Shown: positions 22,407 to 32,724, numbered from the stretch's first letter. The stretch: 49,602 bases of DNA from Dehalococcoidia bacterium (GCA_963666115.2 CAXXET010000009.1:1-49602); one strand, 5' to 3'. The notes: generated by a model from the sequence alone, not told the origin. Translations and numbers: made by a program.

Positions 22407-23702
22407 GTGCGTTCACCACTACACCCCGTCCTGCCTGGATTTGCCAAGCATCTGTCAGTTTTCGGAATCTTCGCTGTTGCGGCTGTCGCGCTCGCAGCGC
22501 TGCTATCGGGCTGTGTGATCGATAGCGCGTCGGACGGCATTGCCCGCGCGGACGCTCCGCGCAGCCAGCCCGCGTTATTTGCCCAGGCAGCCGTCCAGCA
22601 AGCTATCGACCGCTATGACGCGGACGGCCTGGACGAGACGCTTGATCACTACAATTCCCCGGAGAGCATGGACGGCCAGTGGTACGTCTTCATCTTCGAC
22701 GAAGAGGGTGACATGATTGCCCACGCCGCCAATCAGGACCTGGTGGGCGTCAACTTCGCCGGCGTCCTGGGGCCGAACAACTACCCCGTCGGGCAGCTCC
22801 TGGTGGACAGCGCGACGGAAGACGGCGCGTTTGTGGATTACATCTTCCCGGACGCGGCCGGGCGCATCGGCCAGAAGCATTCATGGGTCATTGAACATGA
22901 CGGCCTGGTCTTTGGCGCGGGCTGGTATGAGAACGCGCCGCGCAAGTCAGACCAGCCCGGCTACACGCAGGCCTACGTCGAGCAGGCTCTCAATCTCTAT
23001 GACGCCTCAGGACGCGACGCCGCGACGGCCTACTACAACAAACCGGCGAGCGTGGACGGGCAATGGTACGTGTTCATCATCGATGAGAACGGAACGATGC
23101 TCGCGCACACCGACCAGAGTCTGGTGGGAATACACACGTCGGAAATCGTGGGCGCGAACGAGTACCCGTCCGGCAAAATCGTGCTGGCGGACGCGGACGA
23201 GGACGGCGCATGGTCGCAATACTCGTTCTTCAACCCCGAAACAGGGGGCGCGCAGATCAAGCACTCGTGGCTGGTGAAGCACGACGGGCTGATCTTCGGC
23301 TCCGGCTGGTATGAGGACGGCCCGCGCAAGTCCGACCAGCCCGCGTACACGCAGGCCGTTGTGGACAGCGCCGTGAATCTCTACCAGTCCCTGGGCATCG
23401 AGCAGACGCTCGCCTATTACAACACGGACGCGAATATCGACGACCAATGGTACACGTTCGTCATTAGCCTTGAGAGCGGCAAGTCGATTGGCCACTATCG
23501 CCCCGAGATCCGCGAGCGCGACCCCAGCGAGCGTGTGGACATCAGGGGGAATTTCTACGGCGACGACCTGCTGGCGGCGACTGAAGAAGGCCGGTGGGTG
23601 TCCTACTGGTTCCGGAATCCGAACACAGGAGAGGAGCGGTCCAAGCACACGTGGATCGTGCGGCAGGGGGATTACCTGTTCGGGTCCGGCTGGTATGAGT
23701 GA
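22407..23702 (+). CDS. lipoprotein with three tandem single-Cache-like domains
   Basis: Lipobox LSGC; three 128-aa repeats (QWYVFI.DE.G...AH ... KHSW....DGL.FG.GWYE); GCTGGTATGA recurs at 22921, 23305 and 23689 (period 384 nt). Confidence 0.85.
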   Translation: MRSPLHPVLPGFAKHLSVFGIFAVAAVALAALLSGCVIDSASDGIARADAPRSQPALFAQAAVQQAIDRYDADGLDETLDHYNSPESMDGQWYVFIFDEEGDMIAHAANQDLVGVNFAGVLGPNNYPVGQLLVDSATEDGAFVDYIFPDAAGRIGQKHSWVIEHDGLVFGAGWYENAPRKSDQPGYTQAYVEQALNLYDASGRDAATAYYNKPASVDGQWYVFIIDENGTMLAHTDQSLVGIHTSEIVGANEYPSGKIVLADADEDGAWSQYSFFNPETGGAQIKHSWLVKHDGLIFGSGWYEDGPRKSDQPAYTQAVVDSAVNLYQSLGIEQTLAYYNTDANIDDQWYTFVISLESGKSIGHYRPEIRERDPSERVDIRGNFYGDDLLAATEEGRWVSYWFRNPNTGEERSKHTWIVRQGDYLFGSGWYE

Positions 23703-23713
23703 GGCGCCACTTT

Positions 23714-23809
23714 TGTCATTCTGAACGGAGCGTAGCGGAGTGAAGAATCTAGAGGCGCGTCAGGCTGCACAATTGAGGCCTTGGATTCTTCGCTGCGCTC
23801 AGAATGACA
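23714..23809. repeat. inverted pair of family A palindromes (REPIN-like)
   Basis: TGTCATTCTGAACGGAGCGTAGCGGAGTGAAGAATCT (23714-23750) faces GGATTCTTCGCTGCGCTCAGAATGACA (23783-23809) between convergent genes. Confidence 0.8.
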
Positions 23810-23810
23810 G

Positions 23811-24065
23811 TTAACTGAGGTTGAGGGCGGCGGCCAGTTCCTTGTCTGAGGGTTCGGCAAGGACGCGCCCGCCGGGCAGGACGATTGTCGGCACCACCTG
23901 CGCGCCGTTGTTGAGATGGCGGACGGTGTCCGCAGCTTCAGGCGTCTCTTCAATGTTGATCCAGGTGTACTCAACATTGTGCTTGTCCAGGAGGCGCTTC
24001 GAGCGGGCGCAGTCCGGGCACCACGTGGTGGCGTACATGAGGATCTGATCCTGCGTCTGTGTCAT
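23811..24065 (-). CDS. glutaredoxin/mycoredoxin-like protein
   Basis: MYATTWCPDC, NNGAQVVPTI; ATG at 24065 with AGGAG RBS. Confidence 0.9.
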   Translation of the reverse strand: MTQTQDQILMYATTWCPDCARSKRLLDKHNVEYTWINIEETPEAADTVRHLNNGAQVVPTIVLPGGRVLAEPSDKELAAALNLS

Positions 24066-24110
24066 GTGGGGTCTCCTTTGGCAACGGTTTGTCGTCACCA
24101 GTGTACGTCA

Positions 24111-25058
24111 CTAGATGTCGGTTTGCGTTCCCCTGCCCTGGACGCGGGCGGCTTTGTAGACGTGGGTGGCGAGGGCGACGTCCCACAGGCCGATGCCGTG
24201 TGATTCAAAGAGGGTGATGTCGGCGCTGGATCGGCGGATGGGGGTGTTGCCGGAGACGATGTCTCCCAGTTCGGGGAGGCGCGCCGGATCTACCAGGCCG
24301 CGTTCTATTGGTTCCTGGAGGTCTCCGCTTTCGAGGGCGGTTTGCTCACGGTCGTCCACGACGATGGCATCCGCCCTCATGACAGCCTCCAAGTCGATCT
24401 CACGGCGCAGGAGGGAGTTGGAGCCGATGGCGTTGACGTGCGCCCCCTCTTTCAGCCACACGCCCTGTAGAACCGGCTCAGAGGCGTTGGTTGCCGTGAT
24501 GACGATGTCGGCCTCGCCGGCAGCCTGCGCGTTGTCCACAGGCTCAACCGGCACTCCCGCGCGCTCACTTATCCGCTCCGCGAACTCTCTACGCCGGTTC
24601 TCATCCCGCCCGTAGGCGAGCACACGGGAGACGTTTCGGACGGCGCAGACCGCCGTCACCTGTGTCCGCGCCTGCATTCCCGTGCCGATGATGCCGACGG
24701 TCTGGCCGGGATCGTCACGCGCCATGTATTTTGTGGCGACGCCGCTCGCCGCGCCGGTCCGCAGCGTGCCGAGCCAATTCGCCTGGATGATCGCCGCGAG
24801 TGTGCGCTCTGTCATGTCATAGAGGAGGACGTGGACGGCGCCGGCGGCGTAGAAGGCCGTCTTGAATCCAAGGAATCCGGTCTCGGCATCGCCGGCCGGC
24901 ATGATGGCGACTGCGCCGTGCGGCGCGCGCAGGCGGCGGCGCGGATCATTGACCGCCCTGCCCCGCCCCTGGTTCCTGTGGGCGCTCTCCAGCGCATTTA
25001 TCGCATCCTCCATCGACGCAAGATCACGGACATCCTGTTCAGTTAGCAGCAGCGGCAT
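24111..25058 (-). CDS. ornithine cyclodeaminase/mu-crystallin family protein
   Basis: LRTGAASGVATKYMAR, IIGTGMQARTQ, GAHVNAIGS, ITLFESHGIGLWDVA. Confidence 0.92.
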   Translation of the reverse strand: MPLLLTEQDVRDLASMEDAINALESAHRNQGRGRAVNDPRRRLRAPHGAVAIMPAGDAETGFLGFKTAFYAAGAVHVLLYDMTERTLAAIIQANWLGTLRTGAASGVATKYMARDDPGQTVGIIGTGMQARTQVTAVCAVRNVSRVLAYGRDENRRREFAERISERAGVPVEPVDNAQAAGEADIVITATNASEPVLQGVWLKEGAHVNAIGSNSLLRREIDLEAVMRADAIVVDDREQTALESGDLQEPIERGLVDPARLPELGDIVSGNTPIRRSSADITLFESHGIGLWDVALATHVYKAARVQGRGTQTDI

Positions 25059-25100
25059 ACAACACCTCCTCCCCCCATCCTACCCACTCCGCCCCCCAAA

Positions 25101-25129
25101 TTGACACGGTAGAACGGCGAACGGACAAT
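25101..25129 (+). promoter_or_regulatory. sigma70-type promoter of the AAA-VWA operon
   Basis: TTGACA-17 nt-GACAAT. Confidence 0.55.
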
Positions 25130-25188
25130 AGGACAACGTCCCGGCTCGGCGGCCAGGGGCGCGGACTACAGAGCGGGGAGGCGGACTA

Positions 25189-26583
25189 ATGGCCAAAGCC
25201 ACGACGATAGGCGAATTGCGGGAGAGCGAATACCGCGTTCTCACGGTCAAGGACGAGCTTCGCAAGAACCTGGTGGCGCGGATACGGTCCGGGGACGATC
25301 TCTTCCCGGGCATCGTCGGCTACGAGGATACGGTTCTTCCCCAGATCGAGAACGCCATCCTGTCCGGCCAGGACATCATCCTGCTCGGCGAGCGGGGGCA
25401 GGCCAAGACGCGGCTGATCCGCACGCTGGTGGGCCTGCTCGATCCCGAAGTGCCAACCGTCGAGGGCTGTGAGATCAATTGCAACCCCTATGCCGTCACG
25501 TGCAGTCCCTGCCTGATTCGGCTGAAGGAGGAGGGCGATTCGACGCCCATCTCATGGCTGCCGCGAGAACGGCGGTACGGGGAGAAGCTGGCGACGCCGG
25601 ACATCACGATTGCCGACCTCATCGGCGAGGTCGATCCCATCAAGGTGGCAGAGGGACGGTATCTCTCCGACGAGTTCACCATCCACTACGGCCTCATCCC
25701 GCGCACCAACCGCGGCATCTTCTGTATCAACGAATTGCCGGACTTATCGGAACGCATCCAGGTCGGCATGTTCAACATCATGGAAGAGCGCGACGTGCAG
25801 ATTAAGGGGTACAAGGTGCAGCTTCCGCTGGACCTGTTCCTGATTGCGAGCGCGAACCCGGAGGACTACACGAACCGCGGGCGCATCATCACGCCGCTCA
25901 AGGACCGGTTCGGGGCGCAGATTCGCACCCACTATCCCAAGACGCTCGACCACGAGATCGAGATCATGGACGCGGAGCGCGAGCCGATTGCAGACGTGGG
26001 CGTGAATCTGACGATGCCGCGTTTCATGAAGGAGACCGTCGCCGAGTTCACCAACCTTGCGCGCAAGAGCGGCGACGTCAACCAGCGCTCCGGCGTGAGC
26101 GTGCGCGTGTCCATCGGCAACTATGAGACCATCGGCTCCAACGCAGTGCGCCGCGCCCTCCGCCTCAAAGAGAAAGAGGCCGTGCCGCGCGTCAGCGATA
26201 TGTCGTACTTCCTGACGTCAACGGCGGGCAAGGTTGAACTGGAGAGCGTGGAAGAGGGCCGCGAGCCGCGCATCATCGAGGAGTTGACCAAGCGGGCGGT
26301 TCTCAACACGTTCAACAGCCATTTCTCCGTCAATGAGTTCGACGCCATCATCCGGCGTTTTGACGAGGGCCTGTCCATTGACACGGGCGACATGATTCCG
26401 TCGAAGGAGCTGTCCGGCTGGCTCAAAGACCTGCCGGAGTTGAAGGACGCGGCCAACCGGCTTGACGTGAAGCGCTCGGTAGCGGCGCAGGCGTCGGTCG
26501 TGGAGTTCGTGCTGGACGGGCTGCACCTCAGCAGGAAGATCAACAAGGACCGGCACGAGGGCGGCTACCGCTATCGCGGCTGA
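25189..26583 (+). CDS. magnesium-chelatase-like AAA+ ATPase
   Basis: GERGQAKT Walker A, INELPDL Walker B variant, SANPEDYTNRGRIITPLKDRFG. Confidence 0.9.
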   Translation: MAKATTIGELRESEYRVLTVKDELRKNLVARIRSGDDLFPGIVGYEDTVLPQIENAILSGQDIILLGERGQAKTRLIRTLVGLLDPEVPTVEGCEINCNPYAVTCSPCLIRLKEEGDSTPISWLPRERRYGEKLATPDITIADLIGEVDPIKVAEGRYLSDEFTIHYGLIPRTNRGIFCINELPDLSERIQVGMFNIMEERDVQIKGYKVQLPLDLFLIASANPEDYTNRGRIITPLKDRFGAQIRTHYPKTLDHEIEIMDAEREPIADVGVNLTMPRFMKETVAEFTNLARKSGDVNQRSGVSVRVSIGNYETIGSNAVRRALRLKEKEAVPRVSDMSYFLTSTAGKVELESVEEGREPRIIEELTKRAVLNTFNSHFSVNEFDAIIRRFDEGLSIDTGDMIPSKELSGWLKDLPELKDAANRLDVKRSVAAQASVVEFVLDGLHLSRKINKDRHEGGYRYRG

Positions 26584-26591
26584 GGCCGGTC

Positions 26592-28640
26592 GTGGCGCCC
26601 ATCTACCGGTTCTCTCGTTGGGACGGCACGCAACTGCTGTCCGAGGCAGCCGATGAAGCCCTGCTGAACGAGTTGATGGAGGATGTTCTTGCGCGCGGGG
26701 ACATCGACTCGTCTCTGCGATCGATCATGCGTCGCGGCACGCACCCGCGCGACAGCGACGTCGACGTGCAGGGCATGGACGATATGCTGCGCCGCCTGCG
26801 CGAACAGCGACAGGAGATACTCCGCAAGCACGACCTGGGCAGCCTGCTGGACGATCTGCGAAACAGGCTCGACGAGGTCATCCAGACCGAACGACAGGGA
26901 ATTGAGGAGCGGGTCGCGGCGGCTGATGATGCCGTCAACAATCCTCCTGAGGGTCTCGACCCTGAAACGGCGGCCCGCCTCGCTGAACGCATGAAGGACA
27001 TGGCGCAGCGGAATGAGGCGACGCTGAATGCCCTGCCCGACAACCTGGGCGACGCCGTGCGGGAACTGAATGATTACGAGTTCATGGAGCCGGAGGCGCA
27101 GCGGCTGTTCGAGGAGTTGAAGAGCCTCGTCCAGCAGCAGTTCGTCGACCGGCAGTTTTCGGACCTGCGCGAGAGTCTCGAAAACATCACGCAGCAGGAC
27201 CTCGATGCCGCCGCGCAGATGATGAGCGAACTCAACAGCATGTTGCAGCGGCATATCCGCGGCGATGAGGACACCGGATTCGACGAGTTCATGGAACGGT
27301 GGGGCGGCGCGTTCGGCGAGTCGCCGCCGCAGGACATCGAGCAGCTCATCGACCAACTCCATGACCAGGCCTCGCAGGCGCAGTCGCTGATGAGCAGCCT
27401 GTCGCCGGATCAACGCCAGCAGCTCCAGGACATGATCTCCGGCATGTTGGGCAACCCGGCGCTGGCACAACAGATGGCGGAGCTGCAGATGAACCTGGAC
27501 ATGCTGCGCGTGGGCGGCGAATTCGGGCGGCAGTTCAGGTTCAGCGGCGATCAGCCCGTCGCGCTGCAGGACGCGCTGAACCTGATGGACGAACTGAACC
27601 GCATGGACAATTTGGAAGACGACCTGAAGCGCGCGCTGTACGGCGGCGGCAGCATCGACCAGGTTGACCCGGAACAGGTCAGCGAGATTCTTGGCGAGGA
27701 CGCAGAGCAGTCGCTGGAGAAGCTGCGGCAGTTGGCGGAGCGGGCTGTCGAGGAGGGCCTGCTTCGCGAGTCGGATGACGGCTCGCACGAGTTCACGGCG
27801 CGCGGCATCCGCAAGATCGGCGAGAAGGCGCTCGCCGAGATATTTGGCTACCTGAGACGGACGTACACCGGCCGCCACAACGCGCGCGTTCGCGGAACGG
27901 GCGGCGAGGCGACGGAGGTCACCCGCCCCTACCAATACGGCGACGAGTTCAACGTCGATCTGCGCCGCACCGTTCAGTCGGCGGTCATGCGCGGGGGCCG
28001 GAGCGTGCCGGTGCGGCTGGAGGCGGACGATTTCCAGGTGCGCGAGACGGAGGACATGGCGCAGGCGTCAACGGTGTTGATGATCGATCTGAGCCTGTCG
28101 ATGGCGATGCGCGGCAACTTTGTGACCGCCAAGAAAGTCGCGTTGGCGCTGGACACGCTGATCCGCACGCAGTTCAGCCGCGACAGTCTCTACGTGGTGG
28201 GGTTTTCGACGTATGCGCGTGAGATGAAGCCGGAGACGCTGGCGTACCTAAGCTGGGACGAGTTTGAGCCGTACACTAATATCCAGCACGGGCTGGTGGT
28301 GGCGCAGAAGCTGCTGGCGCGGCACGCGGGCGGCAACAAGCAGATCATCATGGTGTCGGACGGGGAGCCGACGGCGCACATTGAGAACGGCCACATCTTC
28401 CTCCAATACCCGCCAAGCCCGCGCACGATCCAGGAGACGCTGAAAGAGGTGTCGCGCACCACGCGGGCGGGCATCTCCATCAACACCTTCATGCTAGAGC
28501 AGAACCCGTACCTGATGGACTTCGTGGACCAGATCACGAAGATCAACAAGGGCCGCGTCTTCTACACCTCCCCCGAACACCTGGGAGAATACATAGTAGT
28601 GGACTACTACACCAACCGCCGCCGCACAATAATCTCCTGA
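26592..28640 (+). CDS. VWA-domain protein, partner of the AAA+ ATPase
   Basis: MIDAS motif DLSLSM, TNIQHGL, VSDGEPT; long helical N-terminus. Confidence 0.9.
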   Translation: MAPIYRFSRWDGTQLLSEAADEALLNELMEDVLARGDIDSSLRSIMRRGTHPRDSDVDVQGMDDMLRRLREQRQEILRKHDLGSLLDDLRNRLDEVIQTERQGIEERVAAADDAVNNPPEGLDPETAARLAERMKDMAQRNEATLNALPDNLGDAVRELNDYEFMEPEAQRLFEELKSLVQQQFVDRQFSDLRESLENITQQDLDAAAQMMSELNSMLQRHIRGDEDTGFDEFMERWGGAFGESPPQDIEQLIDQLHDQASQAQSLMSSLSPDQRQQLQDMISGMLGNPALAQQMAELQMNLDMLRVGGEFGRQFRFSGDQPVALQDALNLMDELNRMDNLEDDLKRALYGGGSIDQVDPEQVSEILGEDAEQSLEKLRQLAERAVEEGLLRESDDGSHEFTARGIRKIGEKALAEIFGYLRRTYTGRHNARVRGTGGEATEVTRPYQYGDEFNVDLRRTVQSAVMRGGRSVPVRLEADDFQVRETEDMAQASTVLMIDLSLSMAMRGNFVTAKKVALALDTLIRTQFSRDSLYVVGFSTYAREMKPETLAYLSWDEFEPYTNIQHGLVVAQKLLARHAGGNKQIIMVSDGEPTAHIENGHIFLQYPPSPRTIQETLKEVSRTTRAGISINTFMLEQNPYLMDFVDQITKINKGRVFYTSPEHLGEYIVVDYYTNRRRTIIS

Positions 28641-28650
28641 CAGGATCCTC

Positions 28651-28680
28651 CCTCGCTCAGCCTAAGCCTGTCGAAGGGCA
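28651..28680. repeat. possible REP-like element (CCCTTCGACAGGCT.AGG type)
   Basis: Minus strand reads GCCCTTCGACAGGCTTAGGCTGAGCGAGG, between convergent genes; single copy in this window. Confidence 0.45.
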
Positions 28681-28686
28681 GCCCCT

Positions 28687-29001
28687 CTACGGCAGCGGGG
28701 AGAAGGGGAGGGGTTGGAGGATGTGGTTGGTTATGTGGGAGACGGTTTCGCCGTAGGTTTCCATTGACTTGGGCCATTCCGGGTCTGCGTAAAAGGCAGC
28801 CCATGCTTTCTCCCTGGCTTCCCAGCTTTCCCACGCTAGCAGGTAGATCACGCGGTGCGGGATGCCCACGTCCTCGCGCCAGTAGCCGACGGCTCGGAAG
28901 CCGTGCTTTTCGAAGAGGCGCGAGTTGACGTTGGCGAAGCGGTCGATGAGATCGTTCATGCGCGACGTGTGGGCTTCGTATTGCCTTAGCTCGTAGAACA
29001 T
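28687..29001 (-). CDS. NIPSNAP family protein
   Basis: YELRQY, LFEKHG...VGYW, YLLAWES..AREKAW.AF..DPEW, ILQPLPFSP. Confidence 0.92.
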   Translation of the reverse strand: MFYELRQYEAHTSRMNDLIDRFANVNSRLFEKHGFRAVGYWREDVGIPHRVIYLLAWESWEAREKAWAAFYADPEWPKSMETYGETVSHITNHILQPLPFSPLP

Positions 29002-29028
29002 TTTTGGTTGGGCCTCCTTTGGATGCGG

Positions 29029-29454
29029 TTAGTTTGGGGTTGGATCAACGGGCAGGCCAGCGCCTGTGGCTACTTCCCAGAGGAAGCCATCGGGGTCTGC
29101 GAAGTAGCCGGAGTAGCCGCCCCAGAAAACCTCTTCCGCTGGCTTGGCGATGCGCGCGCCGGCCGACTCCGCGTGGCGTAGAACGGCATCCACTTCTTCT
29201 CGCGATGCCACGTTGTGGGCAATGGTAAATCCGTGCATGTCAGGCTGAGACGTTCCTTTCAATTCCGGGCGGCCAATATCCTCGGCCAGGTCATCACGTG
29301 AATACAGGGAAAGCATGATGCCGTTCAACTCAAAGAACGTTATCTCATCCCCGCCCGCCTCATGCACGGGAAAGCCCAGCCCGTCGCGATAGAAGACCGT
29401 CGAGCGTTCCAAGTCCGACACGCCGAGAGTGATGATGCTGATTCTAGGCTCCAT
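29029..29454 (-). CDS. VOC/glyoxalase family protein
   Basis: ISIITLGVSDLERS..FY..GLG, FWGGYSGYFADPDGFLWEVA. Confidence 0.92.
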   Translation of the reverse strand: MEPRISIITLGVSDLERSTVFYRDGLGFPVHEAGGDEITFFELNGIMLSLYSRDDLAEDIGRPELKGTSQPDMHGFTIAHNVASREEVDAVLRHAESAGARIAKPAEEVFWGGYSGYFADPDGFLWEVATGAGLPVDPTPN

Positions 29455-29525
29455 GTGACCGTTTCCTCCGTCAGTCGCCTTTGCTCTCCTGAGCGTATCG
29501 CCGCACGGTTGGGGGGCGCAAACTG

Positions 29526-31976
29526 CTAGCTACCGGACATCGGATCAACGTCCACCGTCCAGCCGGGCGGCAGCGCGACGGTTTCCAGCAGCTCCGTCGG
29601 CTCATCAGCAATGACGGTGATCTGCCAGCGATAGCGTCCGCGCAGCCGTTCCCACTGGGCGGGCGCGGGGCCGATGACGCGCGTGTTCATCATGCCGCGC
29701 GAGCGTATCTCAGCCCGCAGCGCCCGCGTCAACTGGCCTGCCGCCGACTGCGCGTCGCGGCGGGATGTCCGAGCGCACGTCAGCCTGGCCATGCGGCTGT
29801 ACGGCGGGTAGCGAAGCTGCCGCCTGAACTGCGTCTCCACCAGGTAGAATTGCCGATAATCCTGCGCCGCCGCGGCCTGGATCGCCTGGTTCTCCGGCTC
29901 ATACGTTTGGACGATGACGCGGCCCGGCGCGCTGCCTCTCCCCGCCCTGCCCGCCACCTGGCACAGGAGTTGAAAGGCCCGCTCCGAGGCGCGGAAGTCC
30001 GGCGCGTGCAACCCGATGTCCGCGTTCACGACACCAACCACAGTGACACCGGGGATGTCCAGCCCTTTGGCGATCATCTGCGTGCCCACAAGGATATCCG
30101 CGCGCCGCTCCATGAACTCGGCCAGGATCGGCTCATGGCCGCGAGCCTCGCTCACGGCATCGCGGTCCCAACGGATGACGCGCGCGCCGGGGAAGGCGAT
30201 TTCGGCCTCAGCCGCAACGCGCTCCGTGCCGATGCCGATGGGGCGGATGGTGTTGCGGCGGCACTGGGGGCAGCGCGTGGGCGAGCGCCGCCTGTCGCCG
30301 CACAAGTGGCAGACCATTTGCTCGTCCGCGTGGTAGGTCATCACCGTCGTGCAGCGGCGGCACTTCATGGTGTGGCCGCAGGCCCTGCACTGCACGGCCT
30401 GCCCCGCCCCGCGCCGGTTCACGAACAGGATCGCCTGCTCGCCCCGCCGCAGCGCATCGGTCATCGCCTCTCTCAGCGCCCGGGAAAAGATGCTGCGGTT
30501 GCCCTCCATCAACTCCTGCCGCAGATCAACGACGTCCACATCCGCAAGAGGCCGCTCCGTCCACCCTGTTCCGCCGCCGTCCTCAGCCGCCGTAATCCGG
30601 CCGGGGAGTTCCAGCAGGGTGATCTCATTCCTGAGAGCGGCGTACATCGTGCCCACGTCCGGCGTCGCAGTGCCGAGCACGACAACGGCGTTCTCGCGGC
30701 GGGCGCGTTCAATTGCGACATCGCGGGCGTGGTAGCGGGGGGTGGGCGACTCCTGCTTGTACGTCCACTCCTGCTCTTCGTCAACGACAACCAGGCCAAC
30801 GTCCGGCATGGGCGCGAGCACGGCGCTCCGCGAGCCGATGACGATGTCGAACTGCCCCTCCGCGATGCTGCGCCATTCGTCGTACCGCTCCCCCAGGGTG
30901 AGGCCGCTGTGGAGGACGGCGACGCGACCGGGGAATCGCTCCCAGAAGCGTCCAATGGTCTGGGGGGTGAGGGCGATTTCCGGCACGAGCATGATGCCGC
31001 GCCTGCCCTTCTCGATGACGCGGCGAAACGCTTGCAAGTACACCTCCGTCTTGCCGCTCCCCGTCACGCCGTGCAGCAGATACACGTGGGGGGCGCGCTC
31101 GTCGATGCTTGCCGTCACGTGATTCAGCGCGTCCTTTTGGTGGGGGGTGAGTTGGAGGTCGGGCGCGGGCGGGGCGGCGGCGCGTGAGGCGAGCGGGTCA
31201 CGGCGCGACTCTCTTTGTTCAAGGGTGATGATGCCGTCCCGGGCAAGGGCGTCCCATGAGCCGCGCGACGCGCCGGAGACGCGGCGGAGGTCAGGGAGAC
31301 GGGTGCCGGGGTTGGCGGCAAGTGCATCCAGGGCGTCCGCCTGCCGGAACGCGCCGGACGCGCGCAGCTCGGCGGCTTTGGGCAGCAGATCACCGCTGGG
31401 CACGGCGGCATTGACGTAGGTTTCGAGACGGGGGGAGATGCGCGGGCCTTCCCACACTTCGGATGCGTCGAGGTAGCCCCTGCCCGTCAGCGCGGTCACG
31501 TCGCCGGCGGCGCGCGCGCCGAACTCGTCGCGGACGGCGGCGGTCGTGGTTTCCCCAGCGGTGAGAACGAAGTGGAGTATCTCCGCGCGGCGCGGCGAGA
31601 CGGTTTCGATAGCCTCCTGCCCTGCCCCCGTCACGCGGACAATGACGGTCTGGCGTCGCTCAAACGCGGGAGGCAGCATGGGGCGGTAGGCGGTGTAGAG
31701 ATCGGTGTGGTAGCGGGCGGCGATCCATTCGCCGAGGCCGATGAGCGGCGGGGCGATGACGGGGTCGTCGCCGATGAGGGATTCGACGGGGCGTGTGCGG
31801 GAGTAGCCGGGTTCTTCCGTGATTTCCAGCACGATGCCCTGGAATGTGTGGCGTCCGAAGGGGACGATGACGGCGTGGCCGGGGTTTACGCGGTCGGCGA
31901 GGTTATCCGGCAGCGCGTAGCTGAAGGAGCGGCGGCCGGCGCCGGGGGAGTTGACGGCTATTTGGGCGTAGGGCAT
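29526..31976 (-). CDS. priA: primosomal protein N'
   Basis: LHGVTGSGKTEVY, LVPEIALTPQ, VDEEQ, four CxxC pairs, GTQMIAKGLD, QVAGRAGR. Confidence 0.98.
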   Translation of the reverse strand: MPYAQIAVNSPGAGRRSFSYALPDNLADRVNPGHAVIVPFGRHTFQGIVLEITEEPGYSRTRPVESLIGDDPVIAPPLIGLGEWIAARYHTDLYTAYRPMLPPAFERRQTVIVRVTGAGQEAIETVSPRRAEILHFVLTAGETTTAAVRDEFGARAAGDVTALTGRGYLDASEVWEGPRISPRLETYVNAAVPSGDLLPKAAELRASGAFRQADALDALAANPGTRLPDLRRVSGASRGSWDALARDGIITLEQRESRRDPLASRAAAPPAPDLQLTPHQKDALNHVTASIDERAPHVYLLHGVTGSGKTEVYLQAFRRVIEKGRRGIMLVPEIALTPQTIGRFWERFPGRVAVLHSGLTLGERYDEWRSIAEGQFDIVIGSRSAVLAPMPDVGLVVVDEEQEWTYKQESPTPRYHARDVAIERARRENAVVVLGTATPDVGTMYAALRNEITLLELPGRITAAEDGGGTGWTERPLADVDVVDLRQELMEGNRSIFSRALREAMTDALRRGEQAILFVNRRGAGQAVQCRACGHTMKCRRCTTVMTYHADEQMVCHLCGDRRRSPTRCPQCRRNTIRPIGIGTERVAAEAEIAFPGARVIRWDRDAVSEARGHEPILAEFMERRADILVGTQMIAKGLDIPGVTVVGVVNADIGLHAPDFRASERAFQLLCQVAGRAGRGSAPGRVIVQTYEPENQAIQAAAAQDYRQFYLVETQFRRQLRYPPYSRMARLTCARTSRRDAQSAAGQLTRALRAEIRSRGMMNTRVIGPAPAQWERLRGRYRWQITVIADEPTELLETVALPPGWTVDVDPMSGS

Positions 31977-31977
31977 G

Positions 31978-32011
31978 CCCTCACCCTAACCCTCTCCCAA
32001 GGGGAGAGGGA
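31978..32011. repeat. REP-like element family B, copy 1
   Basis: CCCTCACCCTAACCCTCTCCCAAGGGGAGAGGGA; near-identical to 49397-49430. Confidence 0.8.
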
Positions 32012-32025
32012 ACTGGGGGGCGGGA

Positions 32026-32643
32026 TCAGCTCTCTTTGGAATCCTCTGCGGAGGCTTCAGTTTCTTCTGACACAGCCTCGGACTCAACTTCTTCCGCAGC
32101 ATCTTCCGCGACGGCGTCGGTTTCTTCCGTTGCATCTGCGGTTTCTTCGGTCGGGGCCTCGGCCTCTTCGGCGTCGGCTGCTATGTCCTCCGGCGCGGCG
32201 ACCTCATCCTCATGCTCTTCTTCGATGATTTCATCATCGGCGACGTCAATCGGAGCCTCGGCGGTGGCGACCGCGCCGTCGTCTTCAATGATGCGGCGGG
32301 CGCGCGTGCCGGTCTTGATGCGGGCGCGGCGGCCGGTGCGGCCACGCTGGTAGTACAGGCGGGCGCGGCGCACCTTGCCCTGCCGGACAACGTCGATGCG
32401 CTCCAGGCGCGGGGAGTTGAGCAGGAACGTCCGCTCCACGCCGACGCCCTGGATCACGCGGCGAATGGTGATGTTGGCGTTGGGGCCGCTGCGGGTCATC
32501 CACATGACCACGCCCTGGAGCTGCTGCGTGCGGACGCGCTCGCCCTCAACAACGCGGTAGTACACGCGGACGGTGTCGCCCGGGCGAACGTGCTGGTAGG
32601 GGTGCTGCTTCGGAATTGAGGTCAGCAGATGGCCGACATCCAT
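32026..32643 (-). CDS. rplS: 50S ribosomal protein L19 with acidic C-terminal extension
   Basis: [37 protein letters not shown]; located downstream of trmD. Confidence 0.95.
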   Translation of the reverse strand: MDVGHLLTSIPKQHPYQHVRPGDTVRVYYRVVEGERVRTQQLQGVVMWMTRSGPNANITIRRVIQGVGVERTFLLNSPRLERIDVVRQGKVRRARLYYQRGRTGRRARIKTGTRARRIIEDDGAVATAEAPIDVADDEIIEEEHEDEVAAPEDIAADAEEAEAPTEETADATEETDAVAEDAAEEVESEAVSEETEASAEDSKES

Positions 32644-32724
32644 GATTCAAGCGCCTTTCATAGGTGTTCCCGCGTGCGGGAACAGTGATCATATTTTTGG
32701 GGTGTGTTGGTGAGTATACACGAC

